A program made the translations under genes and the position numbers. 64,000 nucleotides of DNA, taken from the NCBI GenBank assembly GCA_050261575.1, contig JBLNDL010000078.1, positions 62,001 to 126,000 on the forward strand, given 5' to 3'. The notes beneath the pieces were generated by a model that did not search any database, was not told where the DNA came from, and saw nothing but the letters and a program-made list of their open reading frames with translations. The stretch comes from Sphingomonadaceae bacterium (GTDB lineage Bacteria > Chloroflexota > UBA6077). Position 1 is the first letter of the stretch. Every line of letters starts with the position of its first letter. Shown one piece after another: positions 53,880-64,000 of this stretch.

Positions 53880-55964
53880 CTACTCGTCAGAACCCAAGGC
53901 CACCGTGGCCTCGCACTCCACCTTGAAATCCGAAGGGATCTCTGCGAACGAGAGCACCACCAGGTTGGGCATCGATCGCTCGGTCAGCCGCTTGAGAGGA
54001 AGCCGGATTCGACCGGAGCAGAGGATCACCGGTAGATAGCCAGCCTCGGTTACCCGCTGGATCTCCCTGCCCAACTGCTGCAGCATCCTGTGGGCGATAC
54101 CCGGCTCCAGGGCAACCACCGCGGTCCGGTCGGAGCCCTGCAGCGCATTGGCGATCAACTGTTCCGCTTCGGGCCCAATGGTGATCACGTGCACCGCCCC
54201 GTCGGGAGCCTTCAGTTGGGAGCATATCTCCCGGCCCAACACACGACGGACAGCCTCGCTCAGGAAGTCGGGATCCCGGGAAGTCCTGCCCTCCACTGCC
54301 AGGGTCTCCAGGATCGTGGCCATGTTCCGAATGGACACCCGCTCACGCAGCAGGTTTTGCAGCACACGATGCACCTCTCCGGCGGTCAAGACGTTGGGTA
54401 TCAGTTCTTCCACCACGGCGGGGTGGGAGGCCTTCGCGGTATCCAGCAACACCTGGACGTCCTGGCGCCCCAGGATGACCGGCGCGAAGGTCTTGACTAT
54501 CTCGGTGAAATGGGTGCTGAAAACTGAGATGGAGTCCACGACCGTGTAGCCCATCGCCTCGGCTCGCTCCCGATCGCCCTCCCCTATCCATATCGCCGGA
54601 AGTCCGAAGGCGGGATCAGAGGTCTTCACCCCCTCGATGGGAGTCTCGTCCCAGCCCATTCCCAGCGCCAGGAAACGGCTGGCCATCAACTCCCCTCGGC
54701 CGATCTCCACGCCTCGCAGCTTCACCACGTAGCAGTTCGGACCCAGTTGCAGGTTGTCTCGGATGCGAACGGTGGGCACGACGATGCCCAGCTCCTGCGC
54801 CAACTGCCGCCGGATGGCGGTTATGCGCGCCAGCATTCCGCCAGGCTTCTGCTCCACGAGGGAGATGAGCCCGTAGCCGATCTCCACCTCCATCGGATCC
54901 ACGTGGAGCATGGCCGCGGGAGACTCCTGCTCCGCGGGCTCGGCGACTGCCTGCTCCTCCTCCGACGGCTGCTCCACCACGCTCCGCGTGCGCGAAATCG
55001 CCCAGGCGACCCCGCCCAGAACCGCGGCTGCCCCCAGAAAAGGCAGCTTCGGCAGCGCAGGCACCAGCCCGAACCCCGCCATGATGCCCGCGACGATCCC
55101 GAGCACTCGCGGGTTAGCGAGGATTTGGGAGGCCATCTCACGGCCGAGATCGGACTCCGACGCGCTCCTAGTCACCACGATGCCGGTGGCCGTAGAGATC
55201 AGCAGGGCTGGTATCTGGGTCACCAGGCCATCACCGACCGTCAGCAGCGTGTAAACCTGGACGCTGTCCATCAGGCTCATGCCGCGCTGCATCACGCCGA
55301 TGATGAACCCGCCGACGATGTTGATCACTATGATGATGATGCCGGCAACAGCGTCGCCCTTGACGAACTTGCTGGCGCCGTCCATGGCGCCGTAGAAGTC
55401 CGCCTCCAGCTCGATTGCCCGACGACGCCTTCTGGCCTCGGTTTCCGTGATCAGCCCGGCGTTCAGGTCCGCGTCGATGCTCATCTGCTTGCCAGGCATG
55501 GCATCCAAGGTGAACCTGGCCGCCACCTCCGCGATTCGGCCGGCACCGTTCGTGATAACCACGAACTGGATGACCACCAGAATGAGGAAGACCACGACGC
55601 CGACCACGTAGTTGCCGCCGACGACGAAGCTCCCGAATGCCTCGATCACGTGCCCAGCGCTGCCGTTGAGAAGTATCAATCTGGTGGCGGATACGTTTAG
55701 TCCCAGTCTGAAGAGGGTGGTGATCAGCAGCAGAGAAGGGAAGACCGAGAACTCCAGCGGCTCCATGACGTACATGGAGACCAGGAGGATCGTTAGGGCG
55801 GCCGCGATGTTCACCACCTGGAGGATGTCCAGCAGGTCGGCGGGCAGCGGGATCACCATCATCGCCACGATCCCGATGACGGCCACTGCCAGCATCACGT
55901 CACTCTGGGCAACCATCCTTCCAAGAGTGGGATTCCTCTTAGAACTAACAGAGGTCACAGCCAT
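53880..55964 (-). CDS. flhA: Flagellar export apparatus protein
   Basis: [39 protein letters not shown]. Confidence 0.98.
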   Translation of the reverse strand: MAVTSVSSKRNPTLGRMVAQSDVMLAVAVIGIVAMMVIPLPADLLDILQVVNIAAALTILLVSMYVMEPLEFSVFPSLLLITTLFRLGLNVSATRLILLNGSAGHVIEAFGSFVVGGNYVVGVVVFLILVVIQFVVITNGAGRIAEVAARFTLDAMPGKQMSIDADLNAGLITETEARRRRRAIELEADFYGAMDGASKFVKGDAVAGIIIIVINIVGGFIIGVMQRGMSLMDSVQVYTLLTVGDGLVTQIPALLISTATGIVVTRSASESDLGREMASQILANPRVLGIVAGIMAGFGLVPALPKLPFLGAAAVLGGVAWAISRTRSVVEQPSEEEQAVAEPAEQESPAAMLHVDPMEVEIGYGLISLVEQKPGGMLARITAIRRQLAQELGIVVPTVRIRDNLQLGPNCYVVKLRGVEIGRGELMASRFLALGMGWDETPIEGVKTSDPAFGLPAIWIGEGDRERAEAMGYTVVDSISVFSTHFTEIVKTFAPVILGRQDVQVLLDTAKASHPAVVEELIPNVLTAGEVHRVLQNLLRERVSIRNMATILETLAVEGRTSRDPDFLSEAVRRVLGREICSQLKAPDGAVHVITIGPEAEQLIANALQGSDRTAVVALEPGIAHRMLQQLGREIQRVTEAGYLPVILCSGRIRLPLKRLTERSMPNLVVLSFAEIPSDFKVECEATVALGSDE

Positions 55965-55966
55965 CG

Positions 55967-57049
55967 TCATTCCCTTTCAAAGCTGCCCGCGGAGGAGTGC
56001 TGCTCCCGCAAGCGATAGATGAAGGCGAGCACCTCGGCTACCGCCTGGTACATCGCAGGAGGAATGGCATCCCCGATTTCCACGGAGGAGTGGAGGGCTC
56101 TGGCAAGTGGAGGGTTCTCCACCACCGGAACCCCGTGCTCCCTGGCAACCCGCTTGATCTGCTCGGCGATGAGATTCTGGCCCTTGGCCACCACCACCGG
56201 CGCCTGCATACTGGGTGGCTTGTACTCCAGCGCGACGGCGTAGTGCGTGGGATTCGTGACTACGACGTCGGCGTGCGGCACCGCCTGCATCATTCGGCTC
56301 CGCGCCAGTTGCCGCTGCAGAGACCGAAGCTTCCCCTTCACCTGCGGGTTCCCTTCCGCCTGCTTCGCCTCCTCCCTGACCTCTTCCTTGGTCATCTTGA
56401 GGCTAGACTCCACGGACCTACGCTGGTACACGTAGTCCGCGGCGGCCATCACCAGCAAGGCAACACCGCACTTCTGCGCGATCTCCAGCGCGATGCTCCC
56501 CACGATCGCCAGGGCTCCCTGCGCCGACGCGGTCTGCAGCCCTGCCAGCATCCACTCCCGCTCCCTGATCACCTGGTAGGCTACGAAGGCCACGACGCTC
56601 AGCTTCACCGCAGCCTTCAACAGCTCGACAAGGATGCGAGGGGACCACATACGCTGGAGTCCGGCTATGGGGTTCAGCTTGCTCAGGTTGGGCCTCAGCA
56701 CCTCGGTACTGAACATCGGGCCAACCTGCACGAGGTTTATCGCCACCCCTGCCAGCGCGACCCCCATCATCACCGGAGCGAGGACCAGCGCGCTGCTCGC
56801 CATCATCGACATGGCCAGCGAAAGCACCGCCTCGGGGCGCTCGTCTCGAACGGTCAGTTGAAGGAAGGCCCCACGAGTCACGTCGGCGTACTGGTTCAGG
56901 ATGTCGGCAGCGTTGGCGCTCAGAAGCATCATGCCGGCAAAGAGCACGACGACAGAGCTTATCTCTGCGCTGCGGGCCACCTGGCCCTTCTTCCTGGCCT
57001 CTTGCCGTCTCCTACTGGTTGGTTGTTCAGTCCTGTTGTCGCCAGCCAT
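55967..57049 (-). CDS. flhB: Flagellar export switch protein
   Basis: TE.PT..R..ARKKGQV, EGNPQVK, VTNPTH cleavage motif. Confidence 0.97.
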   Translation of the reverse strand: MAGDNRTEQPTSRRRQEARKKGQVARSAEISSVVVLFAGMMLLSANAADILNQYADVTRGAFLQLTVRDERPEAVLSLAMSMMASSALVLAPVMMGVALAGVAINLVQVGPMFSTEVLRPNLSKLNPIAGLQRMWSPRILVELLKAAVKLSVVAFVAYQVIREREWMLAGLQTASAQGALAIVGSIALEIAQKCGVALLVMAAADYVYQRRSVESSLKMTKEEVREEAKQAEGNPQVKGKLRSLQRQLARSRMMQAVPHADVVVTNPTHYAVALEYKPPSMQAPVVVAKGQNLIAEQIKRVAREHGVPVVENPPLARALHSSVEIGDAIPPAMYQAVAEVLAFIYRLREQHSSAGSFERE

Positions 57050-57070
57050 CCTTCACCGTACCGCGCACCG

Positions 57071-57835
57071 CTACTGCAGCACTCCGGACACAGCGGAGCC
57101 GACACTCCGCGTGAGCTCTGCTATCCCGCTCACGAACAATGGGGTGAGGCCAACCAGTGTGAGGAACCCCACCACCATCTTCACCGGGAGACCCACCACG
57201 AACACGTTCATCTGCGGTATCGAGCGGACCACGAGGGCAGTGGCACTATCCACCAGCAGCATGGTTCCCACGATCGGCATCGCCATCCGGAGACCGATCG
57301 CAAAGGCCATCGAACTGAGCGCCACTATCCTCTCCCCCACTATCGGGCCCAGCCCGGGTCCGCCCAACGGAGCCATGTCGAAACTCTGACTCAGCCCCAC
57401 GATCAGGGCGTGGTGTCCGCCCAGGCTGAGGAAGACGACGATGGCCATCAGGTTGTACAGCGTCTCGAGAAAGCTGGAGTTCTGGGCCGAGAGCGGGTCC
57501 ATAACGTTCGAGAAACCGTACCCGATCTGTACCCCGATGACTTGAGCCGCCATGTGAACCGCGGAGAAGAGCAGCGTGGCCACGAATCCCAACAACAGTC
57601 CAATCACCACCTCCCGGGCAACCGAAGTTGCGATGCTCAGCCAGTCAGTGAAGATCGGTCCAGGCACCTCCTGCAGGGGGGTGAGAACGATAGCCAGCAA
57701 CACCGAGAGCCCGACCTTCACCTGCACGGGCACCCCCCTGGCGCCCAGGGCTGGGGCTACCATCACCATGGCGGCCACCCGAAAGAGTACCAGTAGAAAC
57801 ACGTCCCATCGCCCAACGGTGACACTGAGATCCAA
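57071..57835 (-). CDS. fliR: Flagellar export protein
   Basis: Multi-TM; G.QIGYG...DP, PQMNVFVVGLP. Confidence 0.94.
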   Translation of the reverse strand: MDLSVTVGRWDVFLLVLFRVAAMVMVAPALGARGVPVQVKVGLSVLLAIVLTPLQEVPGPIFTDWLSIATSVAREVVIGLLLGFVATLLFSAVHMAAQVIGVQIGYGFSNVMDPLSAQNSSFLETLYNLMAIVVFLSLGGHHALIVGLSQSFDMAPLGGPGLGPIVGERIVALSSMAFAIGLRMAMPIVGTMLLVDSATALVVRSIPQMNVFVVGLPVKMVVGFLTLVGLTPLFVSGIAELTRSVGSAVSGVLQ

Positions 57836-57845
57836 CTGACACCCC

Positions 57846-58115
57846 TCAACGAGCGTAGCTGGGCAGGGCACTGAATAGCTGAGCCGTGTAGACGATCAAG
57901 TTGTTCAGCACCCACGGTCCGATGAGGACGCCAACCACACCCACCGCAAGCACCTTGGGCACGAAGGTGAGGGTCATCTCCTGGATCTGCGTCGCCGCCT
58001 GGAATACGCTGATCAGAACCCCAACCACCAGGCTCACTCCGAGCAGAGGAAGGGCTGTCAACAGGGTGATGGTGAAGGCATCCTTTCCCAACTCGACAAC
58101 CATGCTCTGTGTCAT
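57846..58115 (-). CDS. fliQ: Flagellar export protein
   Basis: FQAATQIQEMTLTFVPK. Confidence 0.96.
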   Translation of the reverse strand: MTQSMVVELGKDAFTITLLTALPLLGVSLVVGVLISVFQAATQIQEMTLTFVPKVLAVGVVGVLIGPWVLNNLIVYTAQLFSALPSYAR

Positions 58116-58125
58116 GACATATCTC

Positions 58126-58950
58126 CTACGAGAAGCTTCTCACCAGGGATCCGACCACCAGATACCACCCATCGACCATCACGAAGAGCAGCAGCTTGAA
58201 GGGTAGCGAGATCATGGCGGGAGGCAGCATCATCATGCCCATGGACATCAGGGTGCTGGAGATCACCATGTCGATCACGAGGAACGGAATAAAGATGATG
58301 AACCCCATCTGGAAGGCGGTCTTCAGCTCGCTGATGACGAAGGCCGGTATCAGGACGTGGGTGGGGACGTCGTCCGGCTGGTTGGGACGTTCCTCCCGGC
58401 TGAGTTCGATGAAGAGCGCGAGGTCCTTCTGCCTCGTCTGCTTAAGCATGAACTCACGCAAGGGACGCTGTGCCCTCTCCAGCGCATCATCCTGGCTCAA
58501 CTCACCCTGCATGTAGGGTTGCAGCGCCTCTCGATTGACGGCATCGATCGTGGGCATCATCACGAACAGGGTGAGGAACAGCCCCAAACCTAGCAGCACC
58601 TGGTTCGGCGGGAGCATGGGGACCCCCAGGGCGCTGCGGATGAACCCAAGCACCACGATGATGCGGGTGAAGGAGGTAACCATCACCAGCAACGCGGGGG
58701 CAAGGGTCAGGACGGTCAGCAGCGCTACCACCTGGATCGCCAGGCTGACGTCACGGGGATCGCTGGACGGATCCACCCCCACGTCCACCGCGCCGCGCGC
58801 ACCGTCAATGGCAACGTTCAGCCGCGGCACCCCAGCCGCTGACGATGGCGAAGCGGCGCACCCCGCCACGGTCACGGTGACCGCTACCAGGGCCAGAACC
58901 ATCAGAGCCTTGCTCGGGACGCGCAGGTCCTCTCGCCCCAACAGCCTCAT
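58126..58950 (-). CDS. fliP: Flagellar export protein
   Basis: [42 protein letters not shown] 58950 overlaps fliO stop. Confidence 0.96.
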   Translation of the reverse strand: MRLLGREDLRVPSKALMVLALVAVTVTVAGCAASPSSAAGVPRLNVAIDGARGAVDVGVDPSSDPRDVSLAIQVVALLTVLTLAPALLVMVTSFTRIIVVLGFIRSALGVPMLPPNQVLLGLGLFLTLFVMMPTIDAVNREALQPYMQGELSQDDALERAQRPLREFMLKQTRQKDLALFIELSREERPNQPDDVPTHVLIPAFVISELKTAFQMGFIIFIPFLVIDMVISSTLMSMGMMMLPPAMISLPFKLLLFVMVDGWYLVVGSLVRSFS

Positions 58951-59366
58951 TGCGAGACTCCAATGCCGTTCTCGCCACCGTCGCTGCCGCCGCGACGACC
59001 ACCGTGTATTCGGGAAGACAGGCGGCCGGCCACGCCGATCGCCTGCTGAAGGTATCGGTCGAAGCCGTAGGCAGGCTCCTGCTCCTCCCCACCGGCTCCG
59101 ATCTCCGCGCCATCCAGTTCCGCCAGCAACGACACCTGCTGCGAGGTGGAGCCCACCAGCAGCACCCTTCCGCCAACTCCGATCAGGTGCAGCGAGCGAC
59201 CGGGCCCGAGCTGCGCGCTCTGCACCACCAGGATAGAGGGACCCCTCCGCACGACGCCGGCTTTCCCGTAGTAGCGTCGAAAGAGCCACAGCACGCCGTA
59301 TAGAAGGGCCAACACCATGGCCGTCTTGACGGCCACGTCCCAAATCAAATCCAGCGGTGCATCCAC
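58947..59366 (-). CDS. fliO: Flagellar biosynthesis protein FliO/FliZ
   Basis: N-terminal [14 protein letters not shown]...LLVG; between fliN and fliP. Confidence 0.85.
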   Translation of the reverse strand: MDAPLDLIWDVAVKTAMVLALLYGVLWLFRRYYGKAGVVRRGPSILVVQSAQLGPGRSLHLIGVGGRVLLVGSTSQQVSLLAELDGAEIGAGGEEQEPAYGFDRYLQQAIGVAGRLSSRIHGGRRGGSDGGENGIGVSQ

Positions 59367-59377
59367 TTCCTGCTTCC

Positions 59378-59716
59378 CTACCTCAGCGAGTTGAGCCTCT
59401 TCTCCAGGGTGACGATATCGGTGACCCGAACACCGAAGTTCTCGTCGACGACCACGACCTCTCCTCTGGCGATCAGCTTCTCGTTGGCCACGATATCCAC
59501 CGGTTCGCCTGCCATCTTGTCCAACTCCACCACGGAGCCGGGCCCCAGAGCCAGCACGTCCCTGATCGACATGCTGGTCTTCCCCAGCACTACCGAGATC
59601 CGCAGAGGGACGTCCAGCAGCAGATCAATGGAGTTGCTCTGTCTCTCTTGTCCCAGGTCGTCGAAAGCCGCGAACTGCGCTGGGTTGACTTGCGGTGCAC
59701 TGTCCTCTGGATCCAC
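59378..59716 (-). CDS. fliN: Flagellar motor switch protein
   Basis: [29 protein letters not shown]. Confidence 0.95.
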   Translation of the reverse strand: MDPEDSAPQVNPAQFAAFDDLGQERQSNSIDLLLDVPLRISVVLGKTSMSIRDVLALGPGSVVELDKMAGEPVDIVANEKLIARGEVVVVDENFGVRVTDIVTLEKRLNSLR

Positions 59717-59777
59717 AGGGGTTTCCTCCAGAACCTACCGGCCGTCCATAGACCGGGTGGCGTTCAACTCTCTTCTA

Positions 59778-60809
59778 CTACACGGCCGCGCTCTGTCTGA
59801 TCTGCTCCAGGATCTCCAACTCTTCTACCTTGCCCACCACCTGAACGGCGAGCTTGTTCCCGACCGTTCCTGGCCGCCCCAGGAACTTCCTGCGTCCCCC
59901 GATGACGAGGTCCAGGGGTTGACCAACAGTCCGCTCCATGAGGACCACGTCGCCGACACTCAGTTCTGTCAACTCCTGGAGGGTCACCGAAGCGCTCCCA
60001 AGCTCGACCATGACGTCGATCTCTACCGCCTCCAGGCTCTGGCGAAGAAGGTCGACCAGATGGGCGTCCCCTCCCCTCCGACCGCTGGCGAACCACAGTT
60101 GAGCGGTAAGCTTCGGCAGGATGGGCTCGAGAGCCACATAGGGCAGGCAGAGGGTGACGGTCCCGGAGTTCTGCGCCAGCGCCACCTCGAGGGCGATCAC
60201 TACGACAGGGTCGCTCCGCAGGGCCACCTGGACGTATCGCGCATCCAGCACCACGTCTCGAATGGCCGGCTGCAGGTCCACTACTCGGCCCCACGCCTCG
60301 GTAAGGGACGTCAACATGTTGCCCACGAGGCTCTGCAACAGGGCCAGCTCGATTTCCGTCGGGTTCCTCGCGGTATCAGGAGCGAACCCCGTGCCTCCCA
60401 GCAGCCGCTCCACGGCAGACATTGCGGCAACTCGATCCAGACCGATCAGCACGCTCCCGGGCAACGGATCCATCGAGAGGATATGCAGGATGGTGTCGGG
60501 AGGCATGCGCTCCACGTACTCGCCGTACACTCCCTGCTCGATAGACACCATGTTCAACTGCACGGCCGTCCTCAAGTAAGCAGAGAGGGAGGAGCTGGCC
60601 AGTCGACCGAAGGTCTCGTGGATCAGTTGCAGGGTCCGCATCTGGTCCTTGGAGAGCTTGTCCGGCCGACGGAAGTCGTAGGTCTTGATTACCTTCCAGC
60701 GCTCCTCCGGCGCCTCCTCCACCGTGTCACCATCCTCGGAGGCCAGCTTGGCTAGAAGAGCGTCTATCTCGGATTGCGAGAGCTCCCTCGCGTCGAAACC
60801 CGAATCCAT
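59778..60809 (-). CDS. fliM: Flagellar motor switch protein
   Basis: LSQSEIDALL CheY-binding peptide, YDFRRPDK, LLGG.G, SpoA-like C terminus. Confidence 0.96.
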   Translation of the reverse strand: MDSGFDARELSQSEIDALLAKLASEDGDTVEEAPEERWKVIKTYDFRRPDKLSKDQMRTLQLIHETFGRLASSSLSAYLRTAVQLNMVSIEQGVYGEYVERMPPDTILHILSMDPLPGSVLIGLDRVAAMSAVERLLGGTGFAPDTARNPTEIELALLQSLVGNMLTSLTEAWGRVVDLQPAIRDVVLDARYVQVALRSDPVVVIALEVALAQNSGTVTLCLPYVALEPILPKLTAQLWFASGRRGGDAHLVDLLRQSLEAVEIDVMVELGSASVTLQELTELSVGDVVLMERTVGQPLDLVIGGRRKFLGRPGTVGNKLAVQVVGKVEELEILEQIRQSAAV

Positions 60810-60827
60810 TGCCTTCCCCCGCCACGG

Positions 60828-61340
60828 CTACTGCATGACGAACTGAGTGAAATAGACGTTGCTCACCCTATCGCCGCCCAGAAGTTCGTTAAGGCTCTGC
60901 TTGATGTCAGTCTTCAGCTTCTGCTTCCCCTCGGGCGTCGACAGTTCGCTCGAGGTCCTGACCGAGAGAATCGTGATGATGCTGTCCTCGATCAGCGGCG
61001 CCTGGGGCGCCAGATCCTTCTCGAACTCCGCCTGCTTCGCCTTGCGGGCCTCGGGGCCAGCCTTCCGAAACTCGGCTCCGCCCGTCGAGAACTCGATGGC
61101 GAGGCCGATCTTCAGATACCGGCGGCCGTTGGCGTCCGCCAGATTCACCACTCGCTCCTTCAGCTCGTACATCGGCCCTGGCCCGAGCACCAGGCTGGCG
61201 TCATCACCGTCCAGGGGTGCCCGGCTGGCAGCGGCCTGCTTGGCCCCCGAGGAGGCGCCAAGCAAGTAGGCCCCTCCCACCATCAGAACGATGCCCAACA
61301 CTGCTACCACGCGGATGAGCCTACCTCGAAGCGATCGCAC
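60828..61340 (-). CDS. fliL: Flagellar basal body-associated protein
   Basis: N-terminal TM, VVNLAD..RYLK, EGKQKLK, VYFTQFVMQ. Confidence 0.93.
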   Translation of the reverse strand: MRSLRGRLIRVVAVLGIVLMVGGAYLLGASSGAKQAAASRAPLDGDDASLVLGPGPMYELKERVVNLADANGRRYLKIGLAIEFSTGGAEFRKAGPEARKAKQAEFEKDLAPQAPLIEDSIITILSVRTSSELSTPEGKQKLKTDIKQSLNELLGGDRVSNVYFTQFVMQ

Positions 61341-62163
61341 TACTGTCCACCTCCTCTGGCGAGTCCTCCGGCCCCACGGCGATTGGAGTGGGGATGGGCC
61401 CCAGCGAGGACGCCGCAGTCGTGTTCAGGATCAATATCTCGGATCGCCGGTTCTTGGCTCGGCTCCTAGGAGAGTCGTTCGCGGACACCGGCTGGAACTG
61501 CGCGTAGGCAGCCGCAGAAAGGCGGCTCGGGTCTATCCCCTCGATCTCGGTCAGATACCTCACCACGGCCACCGCCCTGGCTCCAGAAAGCTCCCAGTTG
61601 GACGGATACTCCGTCCCACTTGGGGGGATGTCGTCCGTGTGCCCTTCGATGCGCACTTGGTTCGGCAGCCTGGCGAGAGCCCTCGCGACCGCCTGCAGGA
61701 CCCTCAGCGAGTCCGGCCGCAGGTCCGCGCGCCCGGAGGCGAAGAGCAGGTTGCCCGACACGCTGATGGCCACCCCCTCCTGACGGAGCCCGATGCTCAC
61801 CTTGTCCGCGAGCAGCTCGTCCTCCAGGATGGATCCCATCTCACCGAAGACCGTCTCCAATGTACTCGAGGCAGCGGATAGATCCTCGGAGTCTCCGGCT
61901 TCGGTGGAAATCCCGACGGTCTGCTCCAGGACAGACGCGCTCGGGCTCCCTTCCAACACGCCCACGTTGAACGCCCGCTTCATGGCCTCCGAAAACCTGG
62001 TGAACTTCTTAGCATCGGCGCTCGATATCCCGTACATGATGACAAAGAAGGCCAGAAGCAGCGTGATCATGTCGGAATAGGTCAGAAGCCACCGCTCCGC
62101 GTTGTCCTTCTTCAGCTTAGGTGGTCTGGTAATCCTCCCGGATCCGGCCTGCTGCTGCATCAC
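61321..62163 (-). CDS. motB: Flagellar stator protein B
   Basis: WLLTYSDMITLL, IEGHTD, NWELSGARA, NRRSEI (OmpA-like PG-binding domain). Confidence 0.95.
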   Translation of the reverse strand: MMQQQAGSGRITRPPKLKKDNAERWLLTYSDMITLLLAFFVIMYGISSADAKKFTRFSEAMKRAFNVGVLEGSPSASVLEQTVGISTEAGDSEDLSAASSTLETVFGEMGSILEDELLADKVSIGLRQEGVAISVSGNLLFASGRADLRPDSLRVLQAVARALARLPNQVRIEGHTDDIPPSGTEYPSNWELSGARAVAVVRYLTEIEGIDPSRLSAAAYAQFQPVSANDSPRSRAKNRRSEILILNTTAASSLGPIPTPIAVGPEDSPEEVDSSAIASR

Positions 62164-62938
62164 CCTCCGGCTCCTCGGTTTGCTTGCCCCTGCCCTCCCT
62201 GGGCAGGTACGGCTCCAGGCGTTCCTGCAGTATCCTGGGGTTCTCGCCCGACTGGATCGAAGCCAGCCCCTCCAGGATCATCTCGTCCAGCAACTGTGTC
62301 TTCTCAGCCTGCTTCTTCAGCTTGGAACCCAGCGGCAGCCACACCAGGTTGGCGGTGCTGATCCCATAGAAGGTGGCGATGAAGGCGACCGCGATGGCCT
62401 CCCCCAGATGAGAAGGATCTTCGATGTTGCCCAGCACATTCACCAGCCCCATCACGGTGCCGATGATGCCCATGGTGGGTGCATAACCGCCCATCGCTTC
62501 CAGAAGGCTCGCGTCGGATTCCACCTCGCGATCTCGGACCGAGATATCGGACAGGAGAACACTCCTGACCAAGTCCGGATCAGTGCCGTCTACCACCAGC
62601 ATTACGCCCTTCCGCAGAAGGTGGTTCTCCAGCTTGGGGACCTCCTCCTCCAGTGCCAGCAACCCCTCTCGCCTGGCACGCTCCGAGAGCCGCACGAGGA
62701 TGTCCGCCACCCCGACGGCATCGGCGGTCTTGGAGACGAATGCCTTGGAGATCATCCTGGGCAGCCGAGCGAGGGTAGTGCCGGGGAAGCTGACCATCGC
62801 GGCACCGAAGGTGCCGCCGAGCACGATGACGGCCGCGGAGGGCTTCAGGAAGGAGACCAGATCGCCATCCTCCATTATCACCCCGACGATCAGCGCGCCA
62901 AACCCAAGCAGCATGCCCACTACAGTCGTGATGTTCAC
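62117..62938 (-). CDS. motA: Flagellar stator protein A
   Basis: ARREGLLALE, APTMGIIGTVMGL, AFIATFYG. Confidence 0.96.
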   Translation of the reverse strand: MNITTVVGMLLGFGALIVGVIMEDGDLVSFLKPSAAVIVLGGTFGAAMVSFPGTTLARLPRMISKAFVSKTADAVGVADILVRLSERARREGLLALEEEVPKLENHLLRKGVMLVVDGTDPDLVRSVLLSDISVRDREVESDASLLEAMGGYAPTMGIIGTVMGLVNVLGNIEDPSHLGEAIAVAFIATFYGISTANLVWLPLGSKLKKQAEKTQLLDEMILEGLASIQSGENPRILQERLEPYLPREGRGKQTEEPEGDAAAGRIREDYQTT

Positions 62939-62948
62939 CCTGCAAACC

Positions 62949-63200
62949 TCAGGAGACAGGATTGCGGCAGACGTCGTTGTCCGCCGCTGGGGCGTCTAGC
63001 CGATTCCTAAGGAGGGGGCAGAGGTGCAGCCTCCGCCGATACTCCACCACCCGTTCCACGATCTCTTCAGCGGTCTCCCTGACCACCAGCTTGTGGCCGT
63101 TCCACAATGAGACGACTGTGTCCGGCGTGCCTTCCACGGACTCCACCAGATCGCAATTGATGGTGAGTACCGAACCGTCGAGGCGCGTCACTCGGATCAC
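62949..63200 (-). CDS. flbD: Flagellar FlbD/SwrD family protein
   Basis: MIRVTRLDG..N.DL.E..E.TPDT...L.NG...VV.E. Confidence 0.92.
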   Translation of the reverse strand: MIRVTRLDGSVLTINCDLVESVEGTPDTVVSLWNGHKLVVRETAEEIVERVVEYRRRLHLCPLLRNRLDAPAADNDVCRNPVS

Positions 63201-63206
63201 GATCCC

Positions 63207-63947
63207 CTACCCGTCTATACCGACGAAGCCGGCGGTGATGGCGAGCCTCACGAGGCCCGCTCTTCCTCGAACGTTGAGCTTGTTGCAGATGTTGGCCTCG
63301 TGGGCCTCCACAGTCTTCACACTGAGACAGAGCTGATCGGCGATCTCCCGATTCGTGTAGCCCTCCCCAACCAGTTGCAGGAGCTCCCGCTCTCTGCTGG
63401 TCAGTATGTCGGGCGACTCGACGGCGTCGCGATTCCTCCACCGTCGCACGTAGTTGCCGAGGGAGCGGCCCTCCAGGCTCGGCGTTAGATAGGAGTAGCC
63501 CGCGTGGACCTTGCGCAAGGCGACAGTCAACTCCTGGAAGTCCGACTCCTTCAGAAGATATCCGGCCACGCTCGCATCCATAGTCCTCAGAAGCAGAGGC
63601 TCTTGCCCGCGAGAGGCCAGGATGATCACTCTCGTCGGCACCCTGGATCGCCGAAGCCGCCGGCTCACCTCCAGTCCGTTCAGCAGAGGCAGCCCCAGGT
63701 CCACCAGCGCAATCTCGGGCCCGGTCTCTTCTATCGCGCGAAGAGCCTCTCTTCCGTCCGACGCCTCACCAACCACCGCGAAGCCGTCGTCCATCTCCAG
63801 GACGGCTCTCAGCGCCTGGCGGAAGAGGGTGTGATCGTCCGCGATGAACAACCTGACAGCCGACGGGCTGCGGCGAGGCTGGAAAGCATGCATCAAGGTT
63901 GGCTCCATCGCCACGCGCCGGGCGACCATCTCTGCCGTGCTCAACAC
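63207..63947 (-). CDS. NarL/LuxR-family response regulator
   Basis: IADDH..VDLGLP.LNG..GYLLK receiver + LTSRERE..G.TNREIA..L.LSVKTVE HTH; start uncertain (GTG 63947 behind GGAGGAGG). Confidence 0.92.
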   Translation of the reverse strand: MLSTAEMVARRVAMEPTLMHAFQPRRSPSAVRLFIADDHTLFRQALRAVLEMDDGFAVVGEASDGREALRAIEETGPEIALVDLGLPLLNGLEVSRRLRRSRVPTRVIILASRGQEPLLLRTMDASVAGYLLKESDFQELTVALRKVHAGYSYLTPSLEGRSLGNYVRRWRNRDAVESPDILTSRERELLQLVGEGYTNREIADQLCLSVKTVEAHEANICNKLNVRGRAGLVRLAITAGFVGIDG

Positions 63948-64000
63948 AACCTCCTCCTGACCACCTAACACAGTCGCGATCGGTGCCTTCTAGGGAAATC

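Overview
High-GC bacterial chromosome segment. It is probably from a monoderm, Chloroflexota-like lineage; this is inferred from an LPXTG-anchored protein, Pro/Thr-linked secreted proteins, a WhiG-like sigma factor, FliW/CsrA and the absence of L/P-ring genes. About 0-14.5 kb holds housekeeping and surface genes: ybaK-like, a 1382-aa secreted GH-A/CBM/beta-propeller/GH26 protein, glmU-prs, a CorC/HlyC transporter, cdd, two stand-alone receivers, an LPXTG beta-propeller and a J-domain membrane protein. About 14.7-64 kb is a near-complete, almost entirely minus-strand flagellar and chemotaxis supercluster covering rod, hook, motor, export apparatus, CheA/B/C/D/R/X/Y, flagellin, FliA/FlgM, FliW/CsrA, a PilZ brake and a NarL/LuxR regulator. 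Next to flagellin it is interrupted by a plus-strand glycosylation island. The most notable observations are: (1) a ~2665-aa polypeptide carrying 3 methyltransferase, 4 GT4, 1 degenerate GT2 and TPR domains; (2) an unannotated 74-bp imperfect-palindromic element in five gap-free full copies plus one half copy at intergenic joints; (3) a TAGGG-N5-CCCTA palindrome at matching distance from -10 boxes of the basal-body operon and the glycosylation island; (4) a 39-bp VNTR in the hook ruler FliK. Several start codons were shortened relative to the ORF track using RBS and homology logic. No tRNA, rRNA, CRISPR or transposase was recognised. All family calls come from motif recognition, not database searches.
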